Source: Octopus vulgaris
Lineage: Eukaryota
Assembly (NCBI GenBank): GCA_951406725.2
Contig: OX597824.1
Coordinates: 65,038,001-65,102,000, forward strand
Direction of reading: 5' to 3'
DNA length: 64,000 nucleotides
Shown piece after piece: positions 51,215 to 64,000 of the stretch. A program made the position numbers and the translations under genes. Every line of letters starts with the position of its first letter. The first letter of the stretch is position 1. The notes below the pieces were generated by a model, which did no database searches, had not been told where the DNA came from, and worked only from the letters and a program-made list of their open reading frames with translations.

Positions 51215-51570
51215 CTTCCTTTTTGTTTCAGTTATTTGACCATGGTCATGCTGGAGCACTGTCTTTAGTCGAAGAAATCGACCCCATGACTTTCTTTGTA
51301 AGTCTAATACTTATTCTATAGATCTCTTTTGCCGAAACGCTAAGTTACGGGGACGGAAGCACACCAGCATCGGTTAAGTGATGGCGGGTGGACAAACACA
51401 GATGCACACGCACACACACATATACAACGGGCTTCTTTCAGTTTCCGTCTACCAAATCCACTCACAAGGCTTTGGTTGACTCGAGACAGCTGCCCAACGT
51501 GGCACGCAGTGGGACTGTATCCAGAAACATGTAGCTGGTAAGGGAGCTACTTACCTCACAGCCACACACA
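51215..51570 (-). mobile_element. SINE, near full length
   Basis: Reverse copy of the 45905/3858 family; second copy at 60365-60710. Confidence 0.75.
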
Positions 51571-51573
51571 TTC

Positions 51574-51606
<33 letters not shown>

Positions 51607-54600
51607 TACATATATATATATATACATATATACATATGTAGATACATGCACAAACACATACGTTTATACATAAAGAAAATCGAATGTATATGAATATACA
51701 CACACACATATATATATATATACACATAAATTTATAGTATTATATGTATGTTCAATTATATATATACACACATATACACGATTGTATATTAATATACATT
51801 ATATATATATATACACAAATATAGACTGCTGTATATTAATATATATTATATACAATATACATATATGTATATACATATAGTCGGATCAAATTGCAGCCAA
51901 ATTAAAATATTTTATATAGCCCGAGGATGACCACAATGTTTGGGTTGAACGCATAAATGAATAAAAAAAAAAGGTGGCAGATTTAAATGCCACAATGTTG
52001 TATTTATTTTCCTCCGCAGCAGACTGGAATGACGTAATGTTTGGAGGGAAGGCGTGAGTAGAGAAAGAGAAGAAATCTGTGAGGAGGCGAGAGAGAGAGA
52101 AAACTGCATTTTCTGTCATTGAGGTAAAGCAACACATTCGTCTTAAGTCCAAGGTACCTACGCACCAGATCTTTATTCTTCGAGGAAATAATCTAAAGCT
52201 AGCTTTTGTTTACTTGGTACAGTAAAGTAATCATGTACAATGTCAATAAATTGACATTAATTACAGGTACTAAGAGAAAGTGTAAAATAGAGAGACTGGC
52301 GAAACTGCGACATATATTCATACACACACGCGCGCTACTCATATATATATATATATATATATTATACTTGGTAACTTTCCTACAGCGTTTTCCTAATTGA
52401 AACGTAGTGAGATACTTCCTTTTTTTTTTTACATAACCATAAGCTGCGGTAAACTGTGTTAAAGACGTAAAATTCGACGTTAATATTCTACAAAATAGTA
52501 AATTTCGAAGTATTTTAAAAGTTGTGTTTACCCTGTAATGGCAGGATATCTAAAGAGGAGAAAATACACAAAAATAAGAAACCTTTTAATATGCTTTTTA
52601 ACGTCGAGAAAAAATAAAATTAAAAATTCGCTTGAAGTCGAAAACTTATTTTACTACTCTACAGTTATTTCCTATATTACAAGTAAACATACTACTATTT
52701 TGCTATTTTCATTTGGTCAAAAACCAACGTCGTCTTCAACAAGAAAGATTCATATAAACACGTCACATTCACATAATATATATATACAATAAGTGAGTCC
52801 AATGTAGAGAAATAACCAAATCTCTTTCAATGTACACGCAACTATGCTAACTAAAAGAAAAGACGCATTAGATAAATATAGTCCTATATGGCTCTAAAAT
52901 GACGGGGTGGTTACGGCTGGACTTCCTTTGCTCAATAAGCTCTGTGCGATCGAAGTTTGCGGTATGATCACACACCATCATAATAACAGGTAGCTTGAAG
53001 AATCTGGCGCTTTTAAAGAGAACTTAGATGGGATTTCAGCTGAGAGCAGTAATGGAAATTTCCGATTATAAAGAATGACAAAAAGAGAAAGTGTGTGTAA
53101 GAAAGGTGGAGGAGGGGGGAGAGGAGGGGCTACGGCGACCGTTTTTACCATTCTCCCGCTCAGAGAAGACTTAATAGCTGACAGACGACTCTAAAATAGT
53201 TAATCAGCCACGATCCTATTATTTGACAGAAAACAAGGTTAAAGCACCAGTGTTTGTTTTGAAAGGGAGCAAATCAGATCGATAAGCATTTTTTTACATG
53301 TCGTTTTCTTCGAACACTATCAATGATGGAGGAGGTGATTATTTCGAAATTTCAGTTAGGAATTTCTTGAAAATTGTGAAATAGGAGTATTTGGTGTAAA
53401 GAAAAAATGATTCCAATTAAATAACTGTCTTATAATGAAAACCGTTGTGTAGAGAATCGAACGAATTTCAACATTAATGAACGAAATATTTGCTATTATT
53501 ACTGCATGACAGCCATTCCATTTAAAATACCAGTTTTAGGAAGTAAATTAAGGGACTGCTAATGTTCATGTAAGAAAAAAAGGAAGCATAATATGAAACT
53601 AAAAACGAATGTGTGTATATATATATATATATATATAACTAAAAAGAAAGTAAGTATATATTTTACAACTACCATAGTAAGGCAAACAAAATGTTCAATA
53701 AGGAATAGGTTTTCAAGTGAGCCTTTAAAACTTGATCTCCCGATATTCAATTCAGGAATCACTTGAAATTAATTTTAAACATTTCAAAGACATTTAAAAA
53801 ATGTGTCTAGTATAAGCTACCGAGTATAAACACACACACACACATACATATGTGTGTGTGTGTGTGGCATTAGAAAACGTTTTATCTCTCACACGTGGGT
53901 CATGTAAACAACAAACGACAGAGGCTTCCAAATATCTTATAGTTGTTCATTAGAAAATTTTATAAAAATGTATATTAGAATCTACTGCGCGTATATATAT
54001 ATATGTATGTATAGACTAATACACTCTATAGCGATTGACTGATCTTATAGAATACTTCGTATTTTGTTTGATCACTGACTTCGTGATCTGCTGAGAATCA
54101 ATGGAGCTTGGAATGGATTTTTTAACTTCGAAGTCACTAACCCAAACAAGTAACTATACATATATATATACCCTTCTCGATTCCATTTTAAAATCAAACA
54201 AGATCGCTCTTGAAAATATTTAAGGACATTTTTAAAGTTATCAATCACAATAATGAGAGAGACAAAAAAAAGCAACATTTTTCACAAATTCAAAACATTA
54301 TTTACTAGAAAATGAAATTATGGAGACATGATTATGAAAATTAAACAGAAATAAAGGGTTTGTTTTCTTCCCCTACCCCATCTTACGTTCTATAAATCTC
54401 ATTTCACCTCCAGTGAAAATCTTGATCTCCCACATGAAAATAATTCTCAATTCTTCATTTCTGTCTTAATATCTTTTGAAAAATTATTGAAATTAAATGT
54501 ATTTTAGAGTATAGAAAAAATATCAGTATGAATGCGATTCCCTTTGATTTGTGCTTGGAAACATGTTAGAAACCGATGCAAACGTTGGTTGTTTATTTTC

Positions 54601-54741
54601 TCTAAGAAAGAAATCAGGGTAGAGCATCAAGACCTTAACCCTTCGTATATTTGTAGCAGTATGTATAGATATGAACGATAACCAAACCCTAGCCCTTCAT
54701 GCATTTCAATGCACTGTGTATGTGTGTATTCTTTAGCTTCG

Positions 54742-54776
<35 letters not shown>

Positions 54777-55484
54777 CAGAGCATGCAATCACATGAAGGG
54801 TCAGTAGGGGTTTGGTTATCGTTCATATTTTATATACACATACATGTGTGTGTAGGTGAACTATATGTGTGTGTTAAATATGAACGTGACAATTGGAAAA
54901 CTAGATGATTGTATATCGAACTAGTGATTTCATGAGAGTGGAAGGAGAGAGAGAAACAGAAGAAGATAAATGGTGAGTTGCTAGAAAATATTTCTTTTAA
55001 CGTTGATGAATTGTGGTTTTAAAAGTACATTGCTAGAGAGAGAGAGAGAGAATGATGCACCACACGAGTCAGTGGTGGCCAGTTCAATTATCGATTTTGA
55101 TTATTTCTTTTCATCCACCGACACAACAGAGATGGGTATACAGAAACAGTGAAAGGAAAAGACGATGGTGAGATGTAAAATAATTTAATTGTCAGGTCTT
55201 TATGGTTTGTGGATATTGTTGTTACAAAATGGGGGACCACCACGGGATTCCTCCTCCTCCACCTAGTTTCAGACACACGCACGCACATGTAGCGATAAAG
55301 CTGATAAAGTAAAGACACATTAGGATAACTGCTGACTAAATCTGGTCCATGTTTGGAAGTAGTAACGACCAAGCAACGTCCAACTGGACCTTACATACGT
55401 GTTCACAGTTTGTTGTTGACCTTTTTATTCGCGTACCTTCGATACCACTAGACGAATCAAACGCGCTTCCGTTGTTTACTTGAG

Positions 55485-55502
55485 CAACATGGCGGCGCCC
55501 AT
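55485..55502 (+). promoter_or_regulatory. YY1-type motif in a CpG-rich promoter-like region
   Basis: GCAACATGGCGGCGCCCA within a locally CpG-rich, repeat-free segment (about 55240-55810). Confidence 0.5.
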
Positions 55503-58500
55503 AATTACAACATGATTCAAGTTTAGAGAAGATTTATTTAAAGTTATAGAGAAAACGAAAACATTCATAAAAAAACACGAGAGTGTCATGCAAGAAGACC
55601 ATTTTAGAAATCTTACCGTTACTAGTCCACTCCGTCTCGACGACACCTCTGAGTAAGGCAACCCTTTGCAACCGGTTGAAACTGGTACATGCCAACCAGC
55701 TTCGGTCATTTCCGTGTCTGCTCGGAGCCTCGTTCGAAATATTCCGTCGATAACATTTGCATAGACGAAATCACTTTCGTAGAAGTGAAGTGTGTTGGAC
55801 ACGAAGTATGGAATGAGAATGTTTGAATCGCATCACAAACTTTATATAAATAGTCAACAGACCCTGTTGGAATTGGTTGATTGACCTTCTAGAAGTAACG
55901 CCGTACTGTCTTCAGTAAATAAACAGAAGACTACATTTAATAATGTAGTATAACGTCAGAAAAAGAGACAGAGTGATTATGACAGGAACACCTAAAATCA
56001 ACAATGTGCTCTAACTCAGGCGATAGACCTGCCAGAAATAACAGCTGAATCTCTTTTAAATGACTTATTACCATCTTTTAATACGATGAATAATGTAATT
56101 GTATTACTTGGAAGAAGAAAAAGAAACGAAGTGATCCTGGCCAGAACGCTTTTAATTATAGGTTTTCTCGATCAGAGCCAACATTCACAAAACTTGAAGA
56201 TTAACAAGTAACATAAAAAAGAAACTTCGCGTTTCGACAGAATTCGTTAAAATAGCGGGATCGACTACTACCTGTCTAGGCGGTGCCCTAGCATGACCAC
56301 AACCCAATGTCTGAAACCAGTAATAGAATGTTAGTTTAGTTCCATATATGTGTGTATTGTTTTGCTTTATTTTTGATATTTTACAAAACCCAATTAACAA
56401 TGAATGAGAAGCACATTCATATTGACGTAATGTTGAAATGTAAATAAATAAATATTTCTAAGAGTTGTGGTTGTCATCTTGTTCTTAACATTTACTCTTG
56501 GATTTTAAAGAAATCTTTGATCTACACTGGTGGAAAGGATTGAAATGTAATTGATTGCATTTATTTCGTTGTTAATGAAAGGAAAACACCGCCATGTACG
56601 TTGCAGTTATGTATGAATCTATCTGTCACTTAAAACGTCAACCCGAAGTAGATAAGAGAAGAAAAAAGAGAAAGCAAAGAAACGAGTATATTTGAGAGAA
56701 AAAGGAATATAGAATGAGAAAAGTAGGCTATAAGTTAAATGAAAAATGATTTTAAAAAGAAAACATAGGATAGTAAAATACAGAGAAACGAAAACGATAG
56801 CAAAGGAAATTTAATAATCAGAGCAAAAGAAGTCGTAATTGGGAATAATAGCGTGAAGTTAAGAGCAGACGAAGTAGTACCCTCACTTTGTGTCTACAAT
56901 GCAGACACCCAACATGGTCCTAACTGGTTTTTTCTGGTTCTAACGGTCTCTTTCTGATTGGATCCGTTTGCTTACTCATAGCTTTTTCTATTTAACTCTT
57001 TCTCGACCATTACGTCCGTCTTTTTTCTCGTTCTTTTACTACCAAATATAAATTTATATAAGCCTTTTTAAAAAAAAACTCAAATTAATCATTCATTAAA
57101 ATGTGTTAAACTGAAGTTGTTGCCAACCACTTTTGACACTGGAGCTGCGATTTCTAGTGTGTGTTTATAACTATATGCCACAGCCATACGTTAATTAAAT
57201 AGCAATCAAATCACCTCTAAATTACAAGTTACTATCTTAAATTACTAAAGAACACTTTAGATAATGTACGCTCAGACGTAATCCTTAAGAAATGCAGCAT
57301 GATCGAGATTGTAATGATTTTGATCATAGTAGTACTGTTCAATCAGGGTTGACTGGGTGGGTAAACTTGTCTTCATGAAAACGTAATATACAAAAATAAT
57401 TATGTACTTTTGTATTCACATGCTTAATATACAAATAAAATATATATTTACACACAAATCCGTACATACGTAATGTGTGTATACACAAATATTTTTCAGA
57501 AATTAATTCCCTCGCTTAAAAAAAAAGACTTAATATATTTTACACTATCTTCATTTCTTCAAACTAGTTTTTTTTTCGTTTTCTTTTATATATAAAACAA
57601 TATCTCGTCATAAAATCCAAAATTATTTTACTTGAAAGAAAAAGTATTTTATAAAAAAATGTTTTCAAAATGTAATAAAGATTTTTTTTAAATTTAAATT
57701 ATTTTATTTGTGAATTCATTAACAGAAAAATATTTTAGCAGCAGATAAACAACCAAGACTGAGAATTACAAAACAAAAGTGTGCCAAAAACTGTAAACAT
57801 TCAAAAGCGCCATTCAGCTCGAAAACCATCTCGAACCGGTTTTTTCTCAATCCAAACTGACCGCCCAATCTCTATTTTGTATCAATACACCCGATTTATT
57901 TACATCGATCACAACTCTCACTTATTCTGTCTTTTACATTATTATTTTGTTTACTACATTATATCAATTATCCCACATCAAATTAAAGATATATTGACAT
58001 CTTTTATTCGTATATTCTTTGCTGCTTTCGTTAAAATTACGAAATTGATCAGGGAATATTTTATCTTTCTGACCGATTTACTACTTTCGTCATAAAGGCG
58101 CGCGCGCACTCACCAACAATAAGTTGTTTTATTGTTATTGCTTGTTACCAACAAACACTTTCTTTTAGCTTCTCGCTTACCACTAATTCTTCATTTTTTT
58201 GTTATTTTCGTGTATTTGTTTCAATTTCAATCTTTTCCGTTATGTTATTGATTTTTTTTTGTTACCTGATAATCAAATATTAAATATTTATTTAAAAATT
58301 CAACCAGCTGTTACTTAAAATAAGGAGTAGGAGGAAGAAGAGACTTTACAAGTAAAGATTTCGTTTGTACTGCTTTCTGATTCTCCTCTTCCTCACCCCT
58401 CATTGCTACCTCTTCCCCTTTATTCCTCATTTGTACCTCCTCCTTTCTCTTACTTCTAGCTTCCTCCCCCACTTCGTCTCCTACACGTTTATTGCTAAAC

Positions 58501-59499
58501 TTTCCGACATGACTGCAGCCCATAATTTCCATACTTCCTTTGAAGTGAGTAGAGTGACTTTTTCTTAACCTTTTCATTCATTCCATCGTCTCTCTTCTAC
58601 CAAACACCGCAACTTAAATGGAATTAAAAGAAACTTAGTTCGAAGTTCGACCCTCATATAACAATTATAATTATAGTTGCTGTCGGCTCTTATTACTCCT
58701 ACATTATTCACTAAGTCATGCAGAATGGCTGGGTTATATTTTGTGTTATTTATTCCCATTTAAAAACTACGATATCTTAAAGAAGGACAGTACTGTTGTC
58801 ATACCAAATACTAGCTAGACTTCAATAAAAGCAGTTACCGTAACTATAACTAGCTACTTCACGTTTTAATTGTAACCATTTTAATGATATCGTATTAAAA
58901 TTATAAATATTGGTGGCATATTCCTGATAACTGCTATACGTAAACAAGTCACTAGTTGCTATATACATATGTGCGTGTGTGTACAAGTATGTATATGCAT
59001 ATGCATTTATAAAAATGTGTGCGCATCTAGGATTGCGTATATATACCTATATATCCTATACATGTATATACACGTGTTTGTATGTTTATACATACACTTG
59101 CTGGGTGCCGAGGGAAAAAGCCAAGTATCGTGGTATGCAACTAGTTAACTTAGAAGAGCAGAGGCTGATGTAGTAGCCGTTGAAAAGCAGAATGATGACA
59201 CAGTGTATTGGTTGGTGATTAAGCTTTTTTCCAGTCAGGCTGACTACTTTATACTGGATGTGGTCTACGTTGTTTTCATGAGTCTCTTTAGCATCGTCCC
59301 AGATGAGGAAGTAGTGGTTTATTCAAATCTCTCACTTGAGTTAGTTTTGAGGTAGCATATTTTGCTATGTTATCAATAAAGGATCACCAGGAGAGATCGT
59401 CAGTCATTGTAAGACCTAGAATTTGTTGTGATATTTTAATTATGCTTTGTCACGTTCATCGGTCGGAGGGATAAGAGCCAAATGGTCCTCCTAGAGAAT

Positions 59500-59760
59500 G
59501 ACTGGTCACTTGCTCGGTGACTGTTTAAAGTGAAAAGGAGTTGTGCACCGTCAACCTTACTTTCCCGTCCATGATCATCTTTAATGTAGTGTCAAGACGA
59601 CTAGGGACAGAGACGGGTGCAGTAAATAACCAACATGTCTTAATTGCTTCGTTTTGCTCTCTGCACTCAGCAATGCATTGTTGCAGCTACCTTCTCTGCT
59701 GAAATATGAAAGTTTTTTTCTGCAGAGTTCGCTGAATCCAGCCTTCACATACATTGGTAG
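59500..59760 (-). mobile_element. Possible RTE-clade LINE 3' fragment
   Basis: Minus-strand peptides KQLRHVGY and TTLKMIMDGKV resemble the RTE ORF2 C-terminus. Confidence 0.35.
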
Positions 59761-60801
59761 ACAAGCCCTAATATGCTAATTAAACCATAACTGGGACCCT
59801 GACAGTTGTTACTATTCCAGGTCAGAGTAAACCTGGGAATGAGAAGTGGTCCCACACTACTCAGAATCCTAGAACTTCCAAAGCAGGGCCCCACTCTCAG
59901 ATGCAGTTTAAAGTCATATGCAGAACCCTGTCCAAGAGTATAGACTGGGTGAGGCAGGAGATTGTCATGATGTGTGGTAACTTCTCTGTTAAGGAGAAGT
60001 GAAGACTAATTTCATTTGCATAAATGTGAGCTTTGTTAAAGGTGACAATGAGCAAGTTGTTAATGTACTGGAAGAAAAGCGTGTGAGTATAAACAAAAAT
60101 TAAGAGGCACCAGAATTGATAATACACTGAACTGCAAAAGAAGCAATTTTTTTCAAAGGTCATTTTTATATGGTAAATTCCGAAAATTTATTTCGGGGAG
60201 GTAAGTGTAAATATTCCGAGACATGCTGGTTTAAGGTTGAGACCCAAACACTGCCAGATCAGACTGGAGCCTGGTGCAGCCGCCTGGCTTCCCAGACACT
60301 GGTTGAACCGTCCACTAGCATGGAAAACGGACATTAAGCGATGATATATGTGTATACATATATTACTCTGTTACTTGTTTCAATCATTTGAGTGTGGCCA
60401 GGCTGGAGTACTGCCTTTTAGTTGAAGAAATCGAACCTTGGACTTATTCTTTGTAAGCCTGGTGCTTATTCTATCGATATCTTCTGCTGAACTGCTAAGT
60501 TACGGGGACGTAAACATACCAACATTGGTTTCTAAGTGATGGTAGGAGGAACAAACACAGACACAAATACATATAGGACAGACTTCTTTCAGTTTCCGTC
60601 AATCAAATCCACTGACATGGCTTTGGTCAGCCAAAGGCTATGGTAAAAGACACTTGCCCAAGGTGCCACGCAGTGGGACTGAATCCAGAACACAGCCACA
60701 CCTGCACCTATATATATATATATATATATATACACATACATACAAATATATATATAGATATGTATGCACACATATATACATGTGTATATATATATACATA
60801 T

Positions 60802-61100
60802 GCGCGTGGCTTAGTGGATAGGGCATTCGGCTCACGATTAAGGTTGTGAGTTTGATTCCCGGCAACACGTTGTGTCCTTGAGCAAGATACTTTATTTCAC
60901 GTTGCTCCAGTCCACTCAGCTGGCAAAAATGTGTTGTACCTGTATTTCAAAGGGCAGGCCTTGTCACACTGAATCTCCTTGAGAACTACGTTAGGGATAC
61001 GCGTGTCTGTGGATTGCTCAGTCACTTGCATGTTAATTTCACAAGCAAGCTGTTCCGTTGATCGTATCAGCTGGGACCCTCGTCATAACCAACGGAGTGC
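60802..61100 (+). mobile_element. tRNA-derived SINE
   Basis: gcgcgtggcttagtggatagggcattcggctcacg...gagtttgattccc...gtgtccttgagcaag. Confidence 0.8.
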
Positions 61101-61209
61101 TCCTACATATATATATTCACACACACACATATATATGCAAAGATATAAATGCATAGTGAAACTTAAAACTGAAAGTATTATCTCACATCACAATAGAGAT
61201 GTTATTGTT

Positions 61210-61427
61210 TAACTTTTGACACATAATACTGAAATAGTGTAAGAGATAAGAGTTTGCTCCAGGCTTGCCTGAGGCAAGAAGTTGAAAATTATTTTGGCCC
61301 ATGGCACTGCATAAGTCCTAAGTAAGGCATGAGTAAAATCTTGAATGAAATCAGTTGGGTAGTTCTTGAGTTTTAGTGATGCACACATACAGACAGGTAG
61401 ACACATTCTCAGTTTTATATATATAGA
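61210..61427 (-). mobile_element. 5' part of the same non-autonomous Helitron family
   Basis: Matches 50535-50891, ending acacattctcagttttatatatataga. Confidence 0.7.
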
Positions 61428-61559
61428 TAGCTTGTGGATTTAGCAGTCACACACATAGACATGACAGAAATAAATAGATACCCTTATAATCATTTAAATC
61501 TGAAATTATACTTTCAAATTATTACTTATTATAATGTGACTGTCTGATGTTTAGTAGAC

Positions 61560-62480
61560 ATGCTCTTTGCAGTTTTCAATGCAAGTACCTTATTAAGCAT
61601 GCTGCTGATCAAATGACAAATATTCTCTTGCGGAATTTCTTGCCAAGTTTCATGCAGTAATCACAAAAGATCTAGCTTTGAGGATGCTTTCTTGTTCTTT
61701 TTACAAAGTATCCAGTCCATTATGCCTCAGAGGTGTTCAATAGGGTTCATATCTAGTGACTGACTTGGCCATGGAAGCTTTTTAATGCCATTCTCTTCCA
61801 ACTAGTCTTGGGTCTTTTTAGCCATGTGACAAGGTTCTTTAATCATTTCTCTACTGGAGAAGATTGGAAGGAGTCCTTTCTACAATATGGACACATATTT
61901 ATCTGAGTTTATGTTTCTCTCATACTCCACCAGCTCTCATCGACCATTGTTCCAAATTACTCCACAGACCACAGAATAGCCACCATGTTTCATTATTGGC
62001 TGCAATCTTTTCACGTCAAATTCTTGATCACAGAGTCTCCAGATCCACACTCAATCACTGTCAGAAAATACAGCAAATCTGGACTCATTGGAGAATATGA
62101 CTGTCCCAAAATGCTAGTGGCCTCTCCCACTGGACCAATCTTTTCTCCGCTTGATACTGGCTGGTTGAAGAAGTGGCTTCCTTCTTACTGCTCTGCCTAA
62201 GTAGCCAAGTTTGTGGTGATACCGGATAGCTGTTCTGGGACTGACATCAACTTGTTCTGCTATGTCAGAGGCCTTGCAATGAGGATTATCCTCCATACTT
62301 CTCTTAACAAAGAGAGGGCCCTGGTCAACTTGGACAAGGTGATATATCATTCTATTAACTGTAGAAAGTAGGATTTTAAGGTTTTCTTGCAATTTTATGT
62401 TAAGTCTACCTTCAGATTGACTCACAATATGGCCTCTTTGAAATTCAGACAGTTCTAAGGCTTCTTTTGTACATAACATG
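61560..62480 (-). mobile_element. Tc1-family transposase relic
   Basis: ELSEFQRGHIV, STVNR, VSPRTAIR, RAVRRKPLL and PWPSQSLDMNPIEHL (WPxxSPDLNPIE motif) at about 61730-61775. Confidence 0.85.
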
Positions 62481-62832
62481 ATTAAACAATCACATAGAGA
62501 ACCTGAAACATAAAAATGTCAATTAATGTAAAATATAAACTTTTCCAAGTTAAAATAAACATATTACGATGTTTTATGGGGTGGCTATTTACTTCTATCA
62601 TATCTGTGTACATTCTTTTCTACTGTAGGCACAAAGCCTGAAATTGGGGGTGGGGACAGTCGATTAGATCAATTTATCGACCCCACAAAAGGAGGAAAGG
62701 CAAAGTCAACCTCAGCAGAATCTGAACTCAGAACATAAAGACAAATGAACTACCGCTAAGCATTTCACCTGGCATGCTAATGTTTCTGCCAGCTCACTGC
62801 GTATATTTGTATCATTTTACATTGGTTGTTCT

Positions 62833-63061
62833 TTAACCCTTTAGCATTCAAACTGGCCATATCCGGCCAGAATATTTAACCTGTTTTATATTGAAACTGA
62901 CCAGAGCTTGCCTCTTAACTCAGCCCTACCATGTCATTCTAAAACTAAAAAAACCACATCACTGAAATCTCTAAACTACAAGATAATACATGATTAATTC
63001 AAAACAATATAAATAAACAAACATCACATTTGAGAGAATAATCTGAACACTAAAGGGTTAA
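62833..63061. mobile_element. TTAA-flanked MITE
   Basis: TTAA|CCCTTTAG ... CTAAAGGG|TTAA. Confidence 0.8.
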
Positions 63062-64000
63062 TGCTTGCATTTAGTGGATAGTGATCGCATCTTACCACCT
63101 GTTCTGAAACTTTGGCATCTTGTAAACACACAAAACAGACAAGTTCATCAATCTTTACTGTTGCATTTGTCAGTTTTATTTATTTACTTTTTCTTTTGTA
63201 TACTGTTTTTTCTTCTAGCATTGAGGTAAAAACAATTAGTCAATGACTGATATTGTTTTTGTTTTCTTATTGCATATTTATTTGTTAGTTTCTTAATTAT
63301 CCTTGTATTAAATATTTTAACACTACCCAAAACATTAGGTGTCTCTTTCTATATATATATATAGAGAGAGAGAGAGGTGGGGAGCCACCTGTGTAGCATA
63401 CATGTATGATGTTCATTTCGTTCTGATATACATTATGTTTTTAACACAAAAAGTCAATGAAGGGATATTATCTCAGGTAACTCCACAGCATCATGCCTTC
63501 TAACAATGTATGTATGTTTAATATGATACATACATAGCAATTTTAATTGAATGCCATTTCAATTACATACACCATATTTTTTTTCATTGTGTGTGTGAAG
63601 AGAGACAGAGAGAGCGTGGTCCAATCATATACTCAAAGAAATCAAGAATTACAAAGAATTCAGTGTTCAAAATAGTAGGTATAATTTTATTTCATATTCA
63701 ATATTTTTTTAAGAGACAATTTGGCCATTGAAACACCGGCCAATTATTTATAGGTACGTGACCCACTGATTTATGCCTAGAATAAGTAATATTTTGTTTT
63801 ATTGAAATATAAGTATATATTCAAGAAAAAATTATGTGGAAAATGATAAAACAATATTGAAATAATCTGTTGTGTCTGGGGAGAGTCATTCTCTTTTAGT
63901 ATGCCTTATAATTTAATACACTCACCAGTAAAGTTTCTACTCAATTACTTATTTATTTTTCTAAAATTTTCGTTGTGTCTTGCAACATTTTCAGTAGTTC

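Noticed and set aside
55476-55802. 108-aa minus-strand ORF
   Set aside because: GTG start, no recognisable domain, and it overlaps promoter-like sequence; probably incidental.

Overview
This is AT-rich eukaryotic genomic DNA, most likely from an octopus or other coleoid cephalopod (inferred from the SINE/MITE types and long TA microsatellites). The window holds one complete, intact minus-strand gene, exportin-1 (XPO1/CRM1). I reconstructed it by hand as 25 coding exons (41353 to 7733), all GT-AG and phase-consistent, giving 3219 nt and 1072 aa with Cys528 conserved. A probable non-coding first exon and an E2F/CHR-like promoter lie near 43.7-44.1 kb. The rest is transposon debris: tRNA-derived SINEs, TTAA-flanked MITEs, mariner and Tc1 relics, a Helitron helicase relic, a full-length non-autonomous Helitron and a LINE ORF1 relic, plus microsatellites. 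A CpG-richer, promoter-like zone at about 52-58.6 kb may contain the start of another gene. The most interesting signals are a chain of four cryptic exons in XPO1 coding-intron 22 (three carry an early stop, one shifts the frame), a 166-nt hairpin in the intron next to the NES-groove exons, and a 3-codon uORF 4 nt before the XPO1 start. None of these is proven without expression data.
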